A DNA stretch of 64,000 bases from Clostridia bacterium (GTDB lineage: Bacteria > Bacillota > Clostridia > Oscillospirales > CAG-382): positions 53,489 through 117,488 of the forward strand of contig JAFQAP010000016.1 in the NCBI GenBank assembly GCA_017399965.1, in the 5' to 3' direction. A program made the position numbers and the translations under genes. The notes under the pieces are model-generated. The model had not been told where the DNA came from. It saw only the letters and a list, made by a program, of their open reading frames with translations, and searched no databases. This document shows positions 55,641 to 64,000 of this stretch, piece after piece (position 1 is the first letter of the stretch; each line of letters begins with the position of its first letter).

Positions 55641-56759
55641 ATGAGCAATAAATTGCTTGATTTGAAAAATATTTCGGTTTGTTTTGACGATACGGTTATC
55701 CTTAAAAATATAAACCTTTATATTTGTGACGGTGAGTTTATTACACTTTTGGGCCCCTCCGGATGCGGCAAGACCACCACGCTTCGTATTATTGCCGGAT
55801 TTGTTAATCCTGACACCGGCGACGTATTGTTTGAAGGCAAGCGTATCAATGATATTCCTTCTTATAAAAGAGAGATAAACACAATTTTCCAGAAGTACGC
55901 TTTGTTTCCTCATCTTAATGTTTACGAGAACATAGCATTCGGTCTTCGCCTTAAAAAAATGCCCGAAAAAGAGATAAAGAACACAGTAGAAGAAATGCTC
56001 TCGCTGGTTAACTTAAAGGGCTTTGGAAAAAGAAATATAAACTCTCTTTCCGGCGGTCAGCAGCAGAGAGTTGCCATCGCCCGCGCTCTGGCGGTCCGTC
56101 CCCGTGTTTTGCTGTTGGATGAGCCTTTGGGAGCATTGGACCTTAAGCTTCGTAAGGATATGCAGAACGAACTTAAGTCGATACAGCAAAGATTGGGAAT
56201 TACCTTTATTTACGTTACTCACGATCAGGAAGAAGCCCTCTCTATGTCCGATACCGTTGTGGTTATGGATAACGGTGAGATACAGCAGATCGGCACACCT
56301 CTTGATATTTATAACGAGCCGAAAAACGCTTTCGTTGCAGATTTTATCGGCGAAAGTAATATACTTGACGGAAAGATGCTTGATGATTACCGTTGCTTTT
56401 TCTCCGGCAAGGAATTCAAATGTCTTGATACAGGCTTTGAAAAGAACGAGCCTGTAGACGTTGTTGTCCGCCCGGAGGATGTTGATGTTGTCCCCGTTGA
56501 AGAGGGCATGGTATGCGGTACCGTAACCAACCTTACCTTTAAGGGCGTTCATTACGAAATCATCGTGGATATCGGTAACTTCAAGTGGATGATCCAGACT
56601 ACCGATTATCAGCCGGTGGGAGCTCATATCGGTCTTAAAATAGATCCCGATGCAATACACGTTATGAAAAAGAGCGAATATTCCGGCAAGTTCGGCGATT
56701 ACAGCACCTTCTCCGACGAGATCGAAGAAATGTCTATTAACGACGAGGAGCAGGAATAA
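55641..56759 (+). CDS. potA: Spermidine/putrescine ABC transporter ATPase
   Basis: [33 protein letters not shown]; start set at ATG 55641 (RBS GGAGG). Confidence 0.93.
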   Translation: MSNKLLDLKNISVCFDDTVILKNINLYICDGEFITLLGPSGCGKTTTLRIIAGFVNPDTGDVLFEGKRINDIPSYKREINTIFQKYALFPHLNVYENIAFGLRLKKMPEKEIKNTVEEMLSLVNLKGFGKRNINSLSGGQQQRVAIARALAVRPRVLLLDEPLGALDLKLRKDMQNELKSIQQRLGITFIYVTHDQEEALSMSDTVVVMDNGEIQQIGTPLDIYNEPKNAFVADFIGESNILDGKMLDDYRCFFSGKEFKCLDTGFEKNEPVDVVVRPEDVDVVPVEEGMVCGTVTNLTFKGVHYEIIVDIGNFKWMIQTTDYQPVGAHIGLKIDPDAIHVMKKSEYSGKFGDYSTFSDEIEEMSINDEEQE

Positions 56760-57601
56760 TGAAAAAGAACAATACTCTTGCTCAGCGTTTGCTGGCGGCG
56801 CCCCATATTTTATGGTCGGTGCTGTTTATAGTGGCGCCTCTTGCCATTGTTGTTTTTTACGCTTTTACGGATTCATCCTTTAGCTTTTCTTTTTCCAATT
56901 TTTCCAAGCTGTTTAACGACGGTACCGTAGAGGTGTTTACGCTTTCTCTGGCGTTTGCTTTTTGCGCCACCTGTATTTGTCTTGTGGTTGCATATCCTTT
57001 GGCGTATTTTATTTCAAGAACCAGCAAAAAAACTCAAAACACCTTGGTTATGCTTTCCATGCTTCCGATGTGGATGAATTTTTTGCTTCGTACATACGCT
57101 CTCTCCTTTTTAATGGAAGACACAGGCTTTTTGAATAATATTCTTAATTCAATAGGTATTGACGGTGTTTCTCTTATTAACACTCCCGGCGCGGTTATTT
57201 TCGGTATGGTATATAATTTCCTGCCTTATATGATCCTGCCTATCCATTCCGTTATATCGAAGATAGATAAAAATGTTATAGAAGCTGCAGAAGATCTGGG
57301 CTGCAACCGTTTGCGGGTTATTTCCAGAGTAATAATGCCGCTTAGTCTTCCTGGCATCGTTTCAGGTATAACTATGGTGTTTGTACCCTCTGTCAGCACC
57401 TTCTATATTTCTCAGCAGTTGGGACCTACGGATTTCGTTTTGATAGGCGACGTTATCGAAACCTATTTCAAATCCTCTGCCGCATCCTCTTATCATCTCG
57501 GATCTGCAATTTCTTTGGTTCTTATGATCCTGATATTTATTTGCATGGCGGTAATGAACCACTTCTCCGATGATGAATCCAAAGGAGGTATAATCGTATG
57601 A
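56759..57601 (+). CDS. potB: Spermidine/putrescine ABC permease
   Basis: LPMWMNFLLRTYA, MVYNFLPYMILP, IEAAEDLG. Confidence 0.9.
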   Translation: MKKNNTLAQRLLAAPHILWSVLFIVAPLAIVVFYAFTDSSFSFSFSNFSKLFNDGTVEVFTLSLAFAFCATCICLVVAYPLAYFISRTSKKTQNTLVMLSMLPMWMNFLLRTYALSFLMEDTGFLNNILNSIGIDGVSLINTPGAVIFGMVYNFLPYMILPIHSVISKIDKNVIEAAEDLGCNRLRVISRVIMPLSLPGIVSGITMVFVPSVSTFYISQQLGPTDFVLIGDVIETYFKSSAASSYHLGSAISLVLMILIFICMAVMNHFSDDESKGGIIV

Positions 57602-58410
57602 AGATAGGATCCAAGCTTTATATGGCTCTTGTTTTCCTTCTGTTATATGCTCCCATAGTTGTTTTGATCGTGTTTTCCTTTAACTCTTCAAACAGTATGG
57701 CGGTTTTTGAAGGATTTTCACTTAAGTGGTATAAAGAGCTGTTTAATAACGATGCGGCAATATCCGCATTGCTTAATTCTCTTATACTCGCATTTTCTTC
57801 CGCAATAATTTCTACGGTTTTAGGCACTGTAGCGGCTGTGGGAATACATAAAATGCGTTCAAAGTACATTAAGTCTGCCGTTATGAACGTAACCAACATC
57901 CCTATGATGAATCCGGATATTGTTACCGGTATTTCTATGATGTTGTTGTTTGCTCTCTGCGGTACGCTTATCGGCTTTGGTATTCTGGGCTTCTGGACAT
58001 TGCTTATCGCTCATATTACGTTTAACATTCCTTACGTAATACTTTCTGTAATGCCCAAACTTAAGCAGATGGACTCGCGTTTGCCCGAAGCGGCAATGGA
58101 CCTCGGCTGCACTCCTCTTCAGGCGTTCTTTAAGGTAGAGTTCCATGAAATTCTTCCCGGTATCTTTTCGGGATTGCTTATGGCATTCACCTTGTCGCTG
58201 GATGATTTTGTTATAAGTTATTTTTGTGCAGGTAACACCTTCCAGACATTGCCTATATTCATTTATTCACAAACCAAAAAGCGCGTAACGCCTGATATGA
58301 ATGCGTTGTGTGCCATCATCTTTATCACGATCCTTGTTCTGCTGCTTGTTCGTAATTTTGCCACAGACAGACAGCTCGGCAAAAACAGCAGAAGAAAGGC
58401 ACGTAACTGA
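57598..58410 (+). CDS. potC: Spermidine/putrescine ABC permease
   Basis: LYAPIVVLIVFSFN, AHITFNIPYV, EAAMDLG, FTLSLDDF. Confidence 0.9.
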   Translation: MKIGSKLYMALVFLLLYAPIVVLIVFSFNSSNSMAVFEGFSLKWYKELFNNDAAISALLNSLILAFSSAIISTVLGTVAAVGIHKMRSKYIKSAVMNVTNIPMMNPDIVTGISMMLLFALCGTLIGFGILGFWTLLIAHITFNIPYVILSVMPKLKQMDSRLPEAAMDLGCTPLQAFFKVEFHEILPGIFSGLLMAFTLSLDDFVISYFCAGNTFQTLPIFIYSQTKKRVTPDMNALCAIIFITILVLLLVRNFATDRQLGKNSRRKARN

Positions 58411-58431
58411 TTATTTAAAGGAGATAAAGAA

Positions 58432-59706
58432 TTGTCCAAAAAGTTTTTTGCGGTTTTTATCGTTATTACGGCAATTTTGTGTCCGTTTTTATGCGGTTGT
58501 TCCGATGGCGAAGAAGAAATTGAATTTTTCGTAACCGAGGACACCGCTTCCATAGATTACTCCAAATACGAAGGGGTTACCCTTAACGTATATAACTGGG
58601 GTGAGTATATTTCTGACGGAAGCGACGGTTCTGTGGATATTAACGCGGAATTCACCAAATTGACCGGTATAAAAATTAACTATACCAACTTCACCAGTAA
58701 CGAAGATATGTATAACAAGATAGTTAACGGCGGCGTTTCCTATGATATTATCATTCCTTCGGATTATATGATCGAAAAGCTAATCAAGGAAGAGCTTGTT
58801 CTCCCATTGGATTTTAAAAATATTCCCAATTACAAGTATATTTCTTCCGAGTATAAAGATCTGTATTTCGATCCTCAAAACGCATACAGCGTGCCGTACT
58901 GCGTGGGTATGGTTGGACTCATCTATAATATGTCTATCGTAAAAGAAGAGCTGGACAGCTGGAGCGCCTTGTGGAGCGAAAAGTACGACGGTCAGATACT
59001 TATGTTCAATAATCCCCGCGATGCATTCGGTGTAGCGCAATTTCTTGAGGGAATAGACATAAATACTCAAAGTGCAGCGGAGTGGGAAATTGCCAAAAAC
59101 AAGCTTTCCGAGCAAAAGCCTTTTGTAAAGGCATATGTTATGGATGAAATCTATAACAAAATGGAAAGCGGTGCGGCGGCTATCGCTCCTTATTATGCCG
59201 GCGATTATTTCAGTATGTACGAGAATAATCCGGATCTCGATTTCGTATATCCTAAAGAAGGCACCAACATATTTGTGGATTCGGTTTGCATTCCCGCAAG
59301 CACAAAAAATAAAGAAGCTGCGGAGCTTTACATCAATTTCTTGATGGACCCCAACGTTGCTTTGCAAAACGCATATATGATATGCTACGCTTCTCCCAAC
59401 GCTGCGGTTGTTGAAAACGAAGAGTATCTTGAGTTTTTGGATGAACTTCATCCCGAAGCGTATGATATTCTTTATATGGATATGAGCGAGTATTACGGCG
59501 GGATAGACGTAAGAGGCTATTACTTCCGCGACCTGCCTGACGAAACACTTAATACCATGAACTCTCTCTGGAATAGCCTGAAGATTGAGTCCACAGAAGA
59601 AAGTTCAACAGATTTTGTGTATTATTTCTGTGCGGTAGTTATTACGTTTTTGCTTGTAATGTTTATTGTCAATAAGATAAAAAAATACAGACGGGAACAC
59701 GTTTGA
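58432..59706 (+). CDS. potD: Spermidine/putrescine-binding protein with C-terminal TM helix
   Basis: LNVYNWGEYI, YDIIIPSDYMI, PKEGTNIFVD; TTG start. Confidence 0.88.
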   Translation: MSKKFFAVFIVITAILCPFLCGCSDGEEEIEFFVTEDTASIDYSKYEGVTLNVYNWGEYISDGSDGSVDINAEFTKLTGIKINYTNFTSNEDMYNKIVNGGVSYDIIIPSDYMIEKLIKEELVLPLDFKNIPNYKYISSEYKDLYFDPQNAYSVPYCVGMVGLIYNMSIVKEELDSWSALWSEKYDGQILMFNNPRDAFGVAQFLEGIDINTQSAAEWEIAKNKLSEQKPFVKAYVMDEIYNKMESGAAAIAPYYAGDYFSMYENNPDLDFVYPKEGTNIFVDSVCIPASTKNKEAAELYINFLMDPNVALQNAYMICYASPNAAVVENEEYLEFLDELHPEAYDILYMDMSEYYGGIDVRGYYFRDLPDETLNTMNSLWNSLKIESTEESSTDFVYYFCAVVITFLLVMFIVNKIKKYRREHV

Positions 59707-59725
59707 TTATAAAAAGGAGATTTGT

Positions 59726-62700
59726 ATGGGCAAGAAGATTTTTTCACTGTTTTTGGCATCTTTAATGTTACTTTCCTTGGGTGCGGGTATGAGCGGTTGT
59801 AAAGAAACACCGGCTGATTACAGCGGCGAGGATAGCGGCATAACATTTGTTCTTGACAAAACAGATTTTTCCGTGAATACACTTAACTTGCCTCTTACAA
59901 ACCAAGATATTGCGCTTTTTGACCGTTTTTATACGATAGACGGGGAAGCCACTGCTTTTGTCGGTGGAGATCATACCGGCAGAACCTTGGTCACAGTTCG
60001 TTACAACCCTTCGTATAACGAATTTACCGTTTTGGCTATTGACAATTCGGAAGGCGAAAAAGCAGAAACACTTATTCCCGTAAACGGTTTTGTTGCAAGT
60101 ATCCCTAACGCTATGCTTGAGGGCTTGAGAGTAAGAGAATCACAGGTTGTCACTGTTATCGGTTACGATACCAAAAAGTGCGAGCGTATGGATTTGGCTT
60201 CTTTTATTCCTACAGATTCTGCCCTTGCCCGCCGTATTTATTATGTTGATCCTGTCGAAATTCCTGCTGAAGACCTAATATATTTCGTTTCCGAAGAATT
60301 CGGCAAGGATATTACTCTCGGTAACGGTGTGATAGCCGCAAAGCTTGAGAAAAAGAATTCAAACAGCTATTCGGTTTCAAAAATTCTTAGTGAGGGAACT
60401 TTGAGCGCAGGAACTTGCGCCATAGTTTTCAACGGAAAATACAACTGCGAATATGCAAAGACAGTTTTAAAGCAAGGAGCCTTTGTAATGCTTTCCGATC
60501 TTGATTCCGCAAATTCCGTTTGCCACGAAGCGGCTATAAAACTTAATGATACCGTTTATAAAATCGGCGAAAAACATACCAATGTCTCTCCTGAAGAAGA
60601 CGGCATATATCTCTATGATTCTGCATATTCCGCAGGCGCCACCCCAAAGAGCGAAAAAGATTTCATCGCAATCGCAGTTAATGACGGCGTAGTTGTTTAC
60701 ACCGGCGAAAAGAACGAGCGATTGGTTATTCCCACCAACACAGGATATGTTTTATTGTTCTGTGGTGACAGCATCTCCTTGGCTGAAAACTATACTATGG
60801 GCGATTCTGTCGAAGAAATGCTTATTTTCCCCGAAAACACTCCCGAAAAATTTGTAAAGATAAATAATTACTGCTACTCCTTTGAAAATATAGACATTTT
60901 TGTAAAAGATGTTCCCGTGCTTTTTACATCCAACTTTGGAAAAACTACCGGTACTTCCGGCAACGTAGTTGAGATCGCCGTTAAAGACGGAAAGGTTGTA
61001 TCCGTTACCACCTCTGTTGGAAATACGGAAATTCCCGAAAACGGATACGTTCTTTGTTTTCCCGCTAAAGGCATAAATCTTGCAAACAGTAAGACTGTTA
61101 ACGCAGGTGACCCCGCACGTGTGGCTTTGGATAAGTGTGAATATAACTTAGAGCAGCTTGATATAAGCGTATTTAACGATGTTCGTTATACAGATTTCCT
61201 TGTTATTTACGATAAAAGCAACACTCGCACAGGCACCAACCAGTATGGTTTTGAGATCGGCGTAGATGCGGACGGCAAAATGATCTCCTGCTCCAATTTA
61301 GGCAATATGTTGGTTCCTGACGGAGGATTTGTAATATCCGGTCACGGCAAGATGCATGATGCGATCTCCGCTAACTATATTTACGGCGGTTCAGTTAAGC
61401 TTTTAAAAGACGAGAAAAAGGTTGTATTTTATTCCACGCCTCTCTCTATACAGACTGACGTAACCGCTGCGCTCAACAACGTCAAGGAAAAGTTTACTCA
61501 GGCAGAGCACGCTCTTTACGATATTGATTATCAGTTTATTTCCGCAAAGCTTGACGCTTGCAAAACTTTGATAGAATCTGTTGAATCTTCTGCAAAAGAC
61601 GGAGATCCCGTAAATGCTGTCAACGCTTTGTACGAGATCACCATCCAGCTTGCAGATCTTGAAGAAGCCATGATCACCGAAAAGGCTGTTGAAGAACGCT
61701 CCGTATGGTATCGCTCCAACGTAAAGAGCGATGAAGACGTATTGGCTGTAATCAATAAGTGCGTTGAATACAATATAAACGCCATTTACGTTGAAACATG
61801 GTATAACGGAAAGACTATCGGTTCTACCAAAAATCCTCTTATTCAGCATTATACCGCTCAGCACGGCGATTATGATGCTTTGGAAGGTTTTGTCCGTATA
61901 GCTCACGAGCACGGAATACAGATCCACGCTTGGGTTGAAAACTTCTTTATCGGTACTACTTCCCAGATGTCCGGCGATCCCGACCACGTAGGACACCACA
62001 ACGAAGACTGGATACTTTTGGATAAAGACGGAAAGAATTACTATATTTCTCCCGAATACGGCAACTTTGTATTCCTTAATCCTCAAAACCGTGAATGCAG
62101 AGATCTCGTTCTCGAAGTTTACCGCGAACTTCTTGAAAATTACGATATCGACGGACTGCATTTGGATTATATACGTTATCCCGAACATAACGGAAATGCG
62201 GATTTCGGTTATAACGAAGATACCATAAAGGCATTCCAAAAAGAATACGGATATACGACCGATCCTCATAACTATAAAGCCGGTTCCAAAGAATACAAAG
62301 ATTGGATCGCCTTCAGACAAAATGTGATCACTACTTTTGTGAAAGAGGTTAACGATCTGGTTAAGGAAGTTAGACCCGAAGTCTGGATAACTGCGGCTTG
62401 CTATCCTTCTCTTACCGATGCTCCCAACCAGATTTACCAGTACACTTCCCAGTGGGTTAAGCTTGGCTATATTGACCAGGTATTCTCTATGACCTATTCC
62501 AACGGCACAGAGTATGTTAAGAATAATGCGGAAAGCTTTATTAATGCTTGCAAAGATAAGGCTCTTTATTCCACCGGTCTTACGCTGTTCTCGGGCAACT
62601 CCGGTGAAGAACTGCTCAGCCAGATAAGAGGTGTTCGTGAAGTTGGCGCAACGGGTCAGGCATTCTTCTCATTAAGTTCCCTTTTGGGCTTTGAAGAATA

Positions 62701-63085
62701 TGAAAATATCATTATAAACCACGCTTACCGCACCAAGGCTGTATCCTTGTTTGATGTTGACGGCGCAGTTCTTGCTTATGCAAACGATCTTTTGGAAAAG
62801 TGCGACGGTGTGTACTCACAGCGCACCGAAGGTGAAGAAGAGGTTATCGCAAAGGTTAAAGAACTTCTCACCGAAATAAAGGTTGAAGCAGAAAAACAGG
62901 AATATGTTACCGTAGAGGAGCAGAAAGCCCTTCTGGTGTACGCTCTCGAAAGAACCGAGGCAATTCTCGCAGAAGCTGAAAATGCCGGCAGCAGCCTTAA
63001 AAACGCCCTTGAGCGCGAGGTAGGGGAGATGGATTATAACCTTTCTATCCTCCACCTTCGTATGGAAGCGAAAACCGCACAGTGA
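59726..63085 (+). CDS. Lipoprotein with repeated N-terminal modules and a C-terminal GHL10 (DUF187/YddW-like) glycoside hydrolase domain
   Basis: Lipobox MSGC; ERSVWYR, IQIHAWVENF, DIDGLHLDYIRYP. Confidence 0.8.
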   Translation: MGKKIFSLFLASLMLLSLGAGMSGCKETPADYSGEDSGITFVLDKTDFSVNTLNLPLTNQDIALFDRFYTIDGEATAFVGGDHTGRTLVTVRYNPSYNEFTVLAIDNSEGEKAETLIPVNGFVASIPNAMLEGLRVRESQVVTVIGYDTKKCERMDLASFIPTDSALARRIYYVDPVEIPAEDLIYFVSEEFGKDITLGNGVIAAKLEKKNSNSYSVSKILSEGTLSAGTCAIVFNGKYNCEYAKTVLKQGAFVMLSDLDSANSVCHEAAIKLNDTVYKIGEKHTNVSPEEDGIYLYDSAYSAGATPKSEKDFIAIAVNDGVVVYTGEKNERLVIPTNTGYVLLFCGDSISLAENYTMGDSVEEMLIFPENTPEKFVKINNYCYSFENIDIFVKDVPVLFTSNFGKTTGTSGNVVEIAVKDGKVVSVTTSVGNTEIPENGYVLCFPAKGINLANSKTVNAGDPARVALDKCEYNLEQLDISVFNDVRYTDFLVIYDKSNTRTGTNQYGFEIGVDADGKMISCSNLGNMLVPDGGFVISGHGKMHDAISANYIYGGSVKLLKDEKKVVFYSTPLSIQTDVTAALNNVKEKFTQAEHALYDIDYQFISAKLDACKTLIESVESSAKDGDPVNAVNALYEITIQLADLEEAMITEKAVEERSVWYRSNVKSDEDVLAVINKCVEYNINAIYVETWYNGKTIGSTKNPLIQHYTAQHGDYDALEGFVRIAHEHGIQIHAWVENFFIGTTSQMSGDPDHVGHHNEDWILLDKDGKNYYISPEYGNFVFLNPQNRECRDLVLEVYRELLENYDIDGLHLDYIRYPEHNGNADFGYNEDTIKAFQKEYGYTTDPHNYKAGSKEYKDWIAFRQNVITTFVKEVNDLVKEVRPEVWITAACYPSLTDAPNQIYQYTSQWVKLGYIDQVFSMTYSNGTEYVKNNAESFINACKDKALYSTGLTLFSGNSGEELLSQIRGVREVGATGQAFFSLSSLLGFEEYENIIINHAYRTKAVSLFDVDGAVLAYANDLLEKCDGVYSQRTEGEEEVIAKVKELLTEIKVEAEKQEYVTVEEQKALLVYALERTEAILAEAENAGSSLKNALEREVGEMDYNLSILHLRMEAKTAQ

Positions 63086-63093
63086 TAAAAAAT

Positions 63094-63124
63094 TTGAACG
63101 CCTGATACTTTTTCAGGCGTTCAA
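63094..63124 (+). terminator. Stem-loop after the GHL10 gene (weak U-tract)
   Basis: TTGAACGCCTGA-tactttt-TCAGGCGTTCAA. Confidence 0.55.
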
Positions 63125-63141
63125 TTAGTAAAGGGAAATTT

Positions 63142-63816
63142 ATGAAAATCACGATAAACGATAATTTAATAAAACATTACCTTCAAAACGTGTATTTTAT
63201 TAACGGGCACAGCTATGCGGGAAAATCTACAATGGTAAAAATGCTTTCCGAGAGATACGATATGATCCATTGCGGCGAAAATTACCACGATGTTTTTCCC
63301 CGTGAAAAGCTTTCCCGCTGGGATCAGCCCGGTCTTTGCTATTTTGAGACAATGAACGGTTGGGAAGAGTGGCTTAATATGACACCGGAACAGCACTATA
63401 ACTGGATGCAGGCGGTTTCCGAAGAATGTGCGGAAATTGAAATTCTTGAACTTATAAAACTATCTGCAACCGGCAAGAAAATTATTGTAGATACAAATAT
63501 TTCCCCGGAAATACTACGTAAAATCTCGGATTACGATCACGTGGCAATAATGCTTTGTGACCCTCCGGATATAAGCCATACCCGCTTTTTTGACAGAGAA
63601 GACCCGGAAAAGAAGTTTATGTATGAACAAATACAAAAATGTAAAGACCCGGAGGCTACCCTTGCAAATTTCAATTCGTGGGTGTTGTATCATCCGGAAA
63701 ACGAGACCGACTGGAATAACACGGGCTTTTACACTGTTACACGTTCCGATTTTGAAACAGATACACGTGAAGAAACTTTACAAAAATTGATCAATCATTT
63801 TGGTTTGGAGAAATAG
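63142..63816 (+). CDS. Hypothetical P-loop NTPase/kinase-like protein
   Basis: Walker A GHSYAGKST; IIVDT Walker B-like. Confidence 0.65.
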   Translation: MKITINDNLIKHYLQNVYFINGHSYAGKSTMVKMLSERYDMIHCGENYHDVFPREKLSRWDQPGLCYFETMNGWEEWLNMTPEQHYNWMQAVSEECAEIEILELIKLSATGKKIIVDTNISPEILRKISDYDHVAIMLCDPPDISHTRFFDREDPEKKFMYEQIQKCKDPEATLANFNSWVLYHPENETDWNNTGFYTVTRSDFETDTREETLQKLINHFGLEK

Positions 63817-63819
63817 ATA

Positions 63820-64000
63820 ATGACTATTCACGAAATGCAGAATTTGAACCGTGCCACTATTGATTATGCATCAACAATTATTGTCCCCGGTATGTCTCTT
63901 GTTGAACTTCGCAATTTGTGTGAAGCTTATATGCTTTCTCATGGAGCGGATTCTTTTTGGTATTGGGATATAGGCGCTTTTGTTTTCTCCGGTGATAAAA
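63820..64000 (+). CDS. Probable M24 family metallopeptidase, N-terminal part (truncated by window edge)
   Basis: My translation: MTIHEMQNLNRATIDYASTIIVPGMSLVELRNLCEAYMLSHGADSFWYWDIGAFVFSGDK, resembling a pita-bread domain start; RBS GGAG. Confidence 0.55.
   Translation, partial: MTIHEMQNLNRATIDYASTIIVPGMSLVELRNLCEAYMLSHGADSFWYWDIGAFVFSGDK

Noticed and set aside
1-64000. IS element, prophage, integrative element or defence island
   Set aside because: No transposase, integrase, phage or defence-like ORF; gene content is housekeeping, sporulation and transport.

Overview
Core-chromosome segment of a spore-forming Clostridia (Bacillota) organism. I found no transposase, integrase, phage gene or CRISPR locus. 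Contents in order: 3' part of PFOR; a VanY-like protein with degenerate catalytic motifs; a 12.4-kb seven-gene carbohydrate ABC-type cluster (1101-aa binding protein, four permeases, NHL/TPR/YIP1 membrane protein, DUF5696-like protein); GNAT; CDF; spoVAC-AD-AE; acyl-CoA/ACP ligase + ACP; an ECF sigma with a ~350-aa C-terminal extension; Re-citrate synthase; ffs(SRP RNA)-dnaX-ybaB-recR; DUF2812-hprK-ROK kinase-lon-ysxC; a second extended ECF sigma; pduL-nifU-like-GGGtGRT; aminotransferase-trpS-type IIA topoisomerase B/A-gdpP-rplI-dnaB-tilS-ftsH; DHHW-like protein; TrmH; yunB; sigG; potABCD; a GHL10 lipoprotein; a P-loop protein; a partial M24 peptidase. The strongest unexplained signal is a 41-bp hairpin repeat (TTGTCGGGGTCCCCGAGAAGCC-NNNN-GGCTTCTTGGGGTGA). 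It occurs as 10 full copies and 1 partial copy at 7 intergenic loci, each immediately 3' of an unrelated terminator-like hairpin and in the same orientation relative to it. Second are the two extended ECF sigma factors, which share an upstream promoter-like motif and an internal RBS-like sequence plus in-frame ATG right after sigma region 4.
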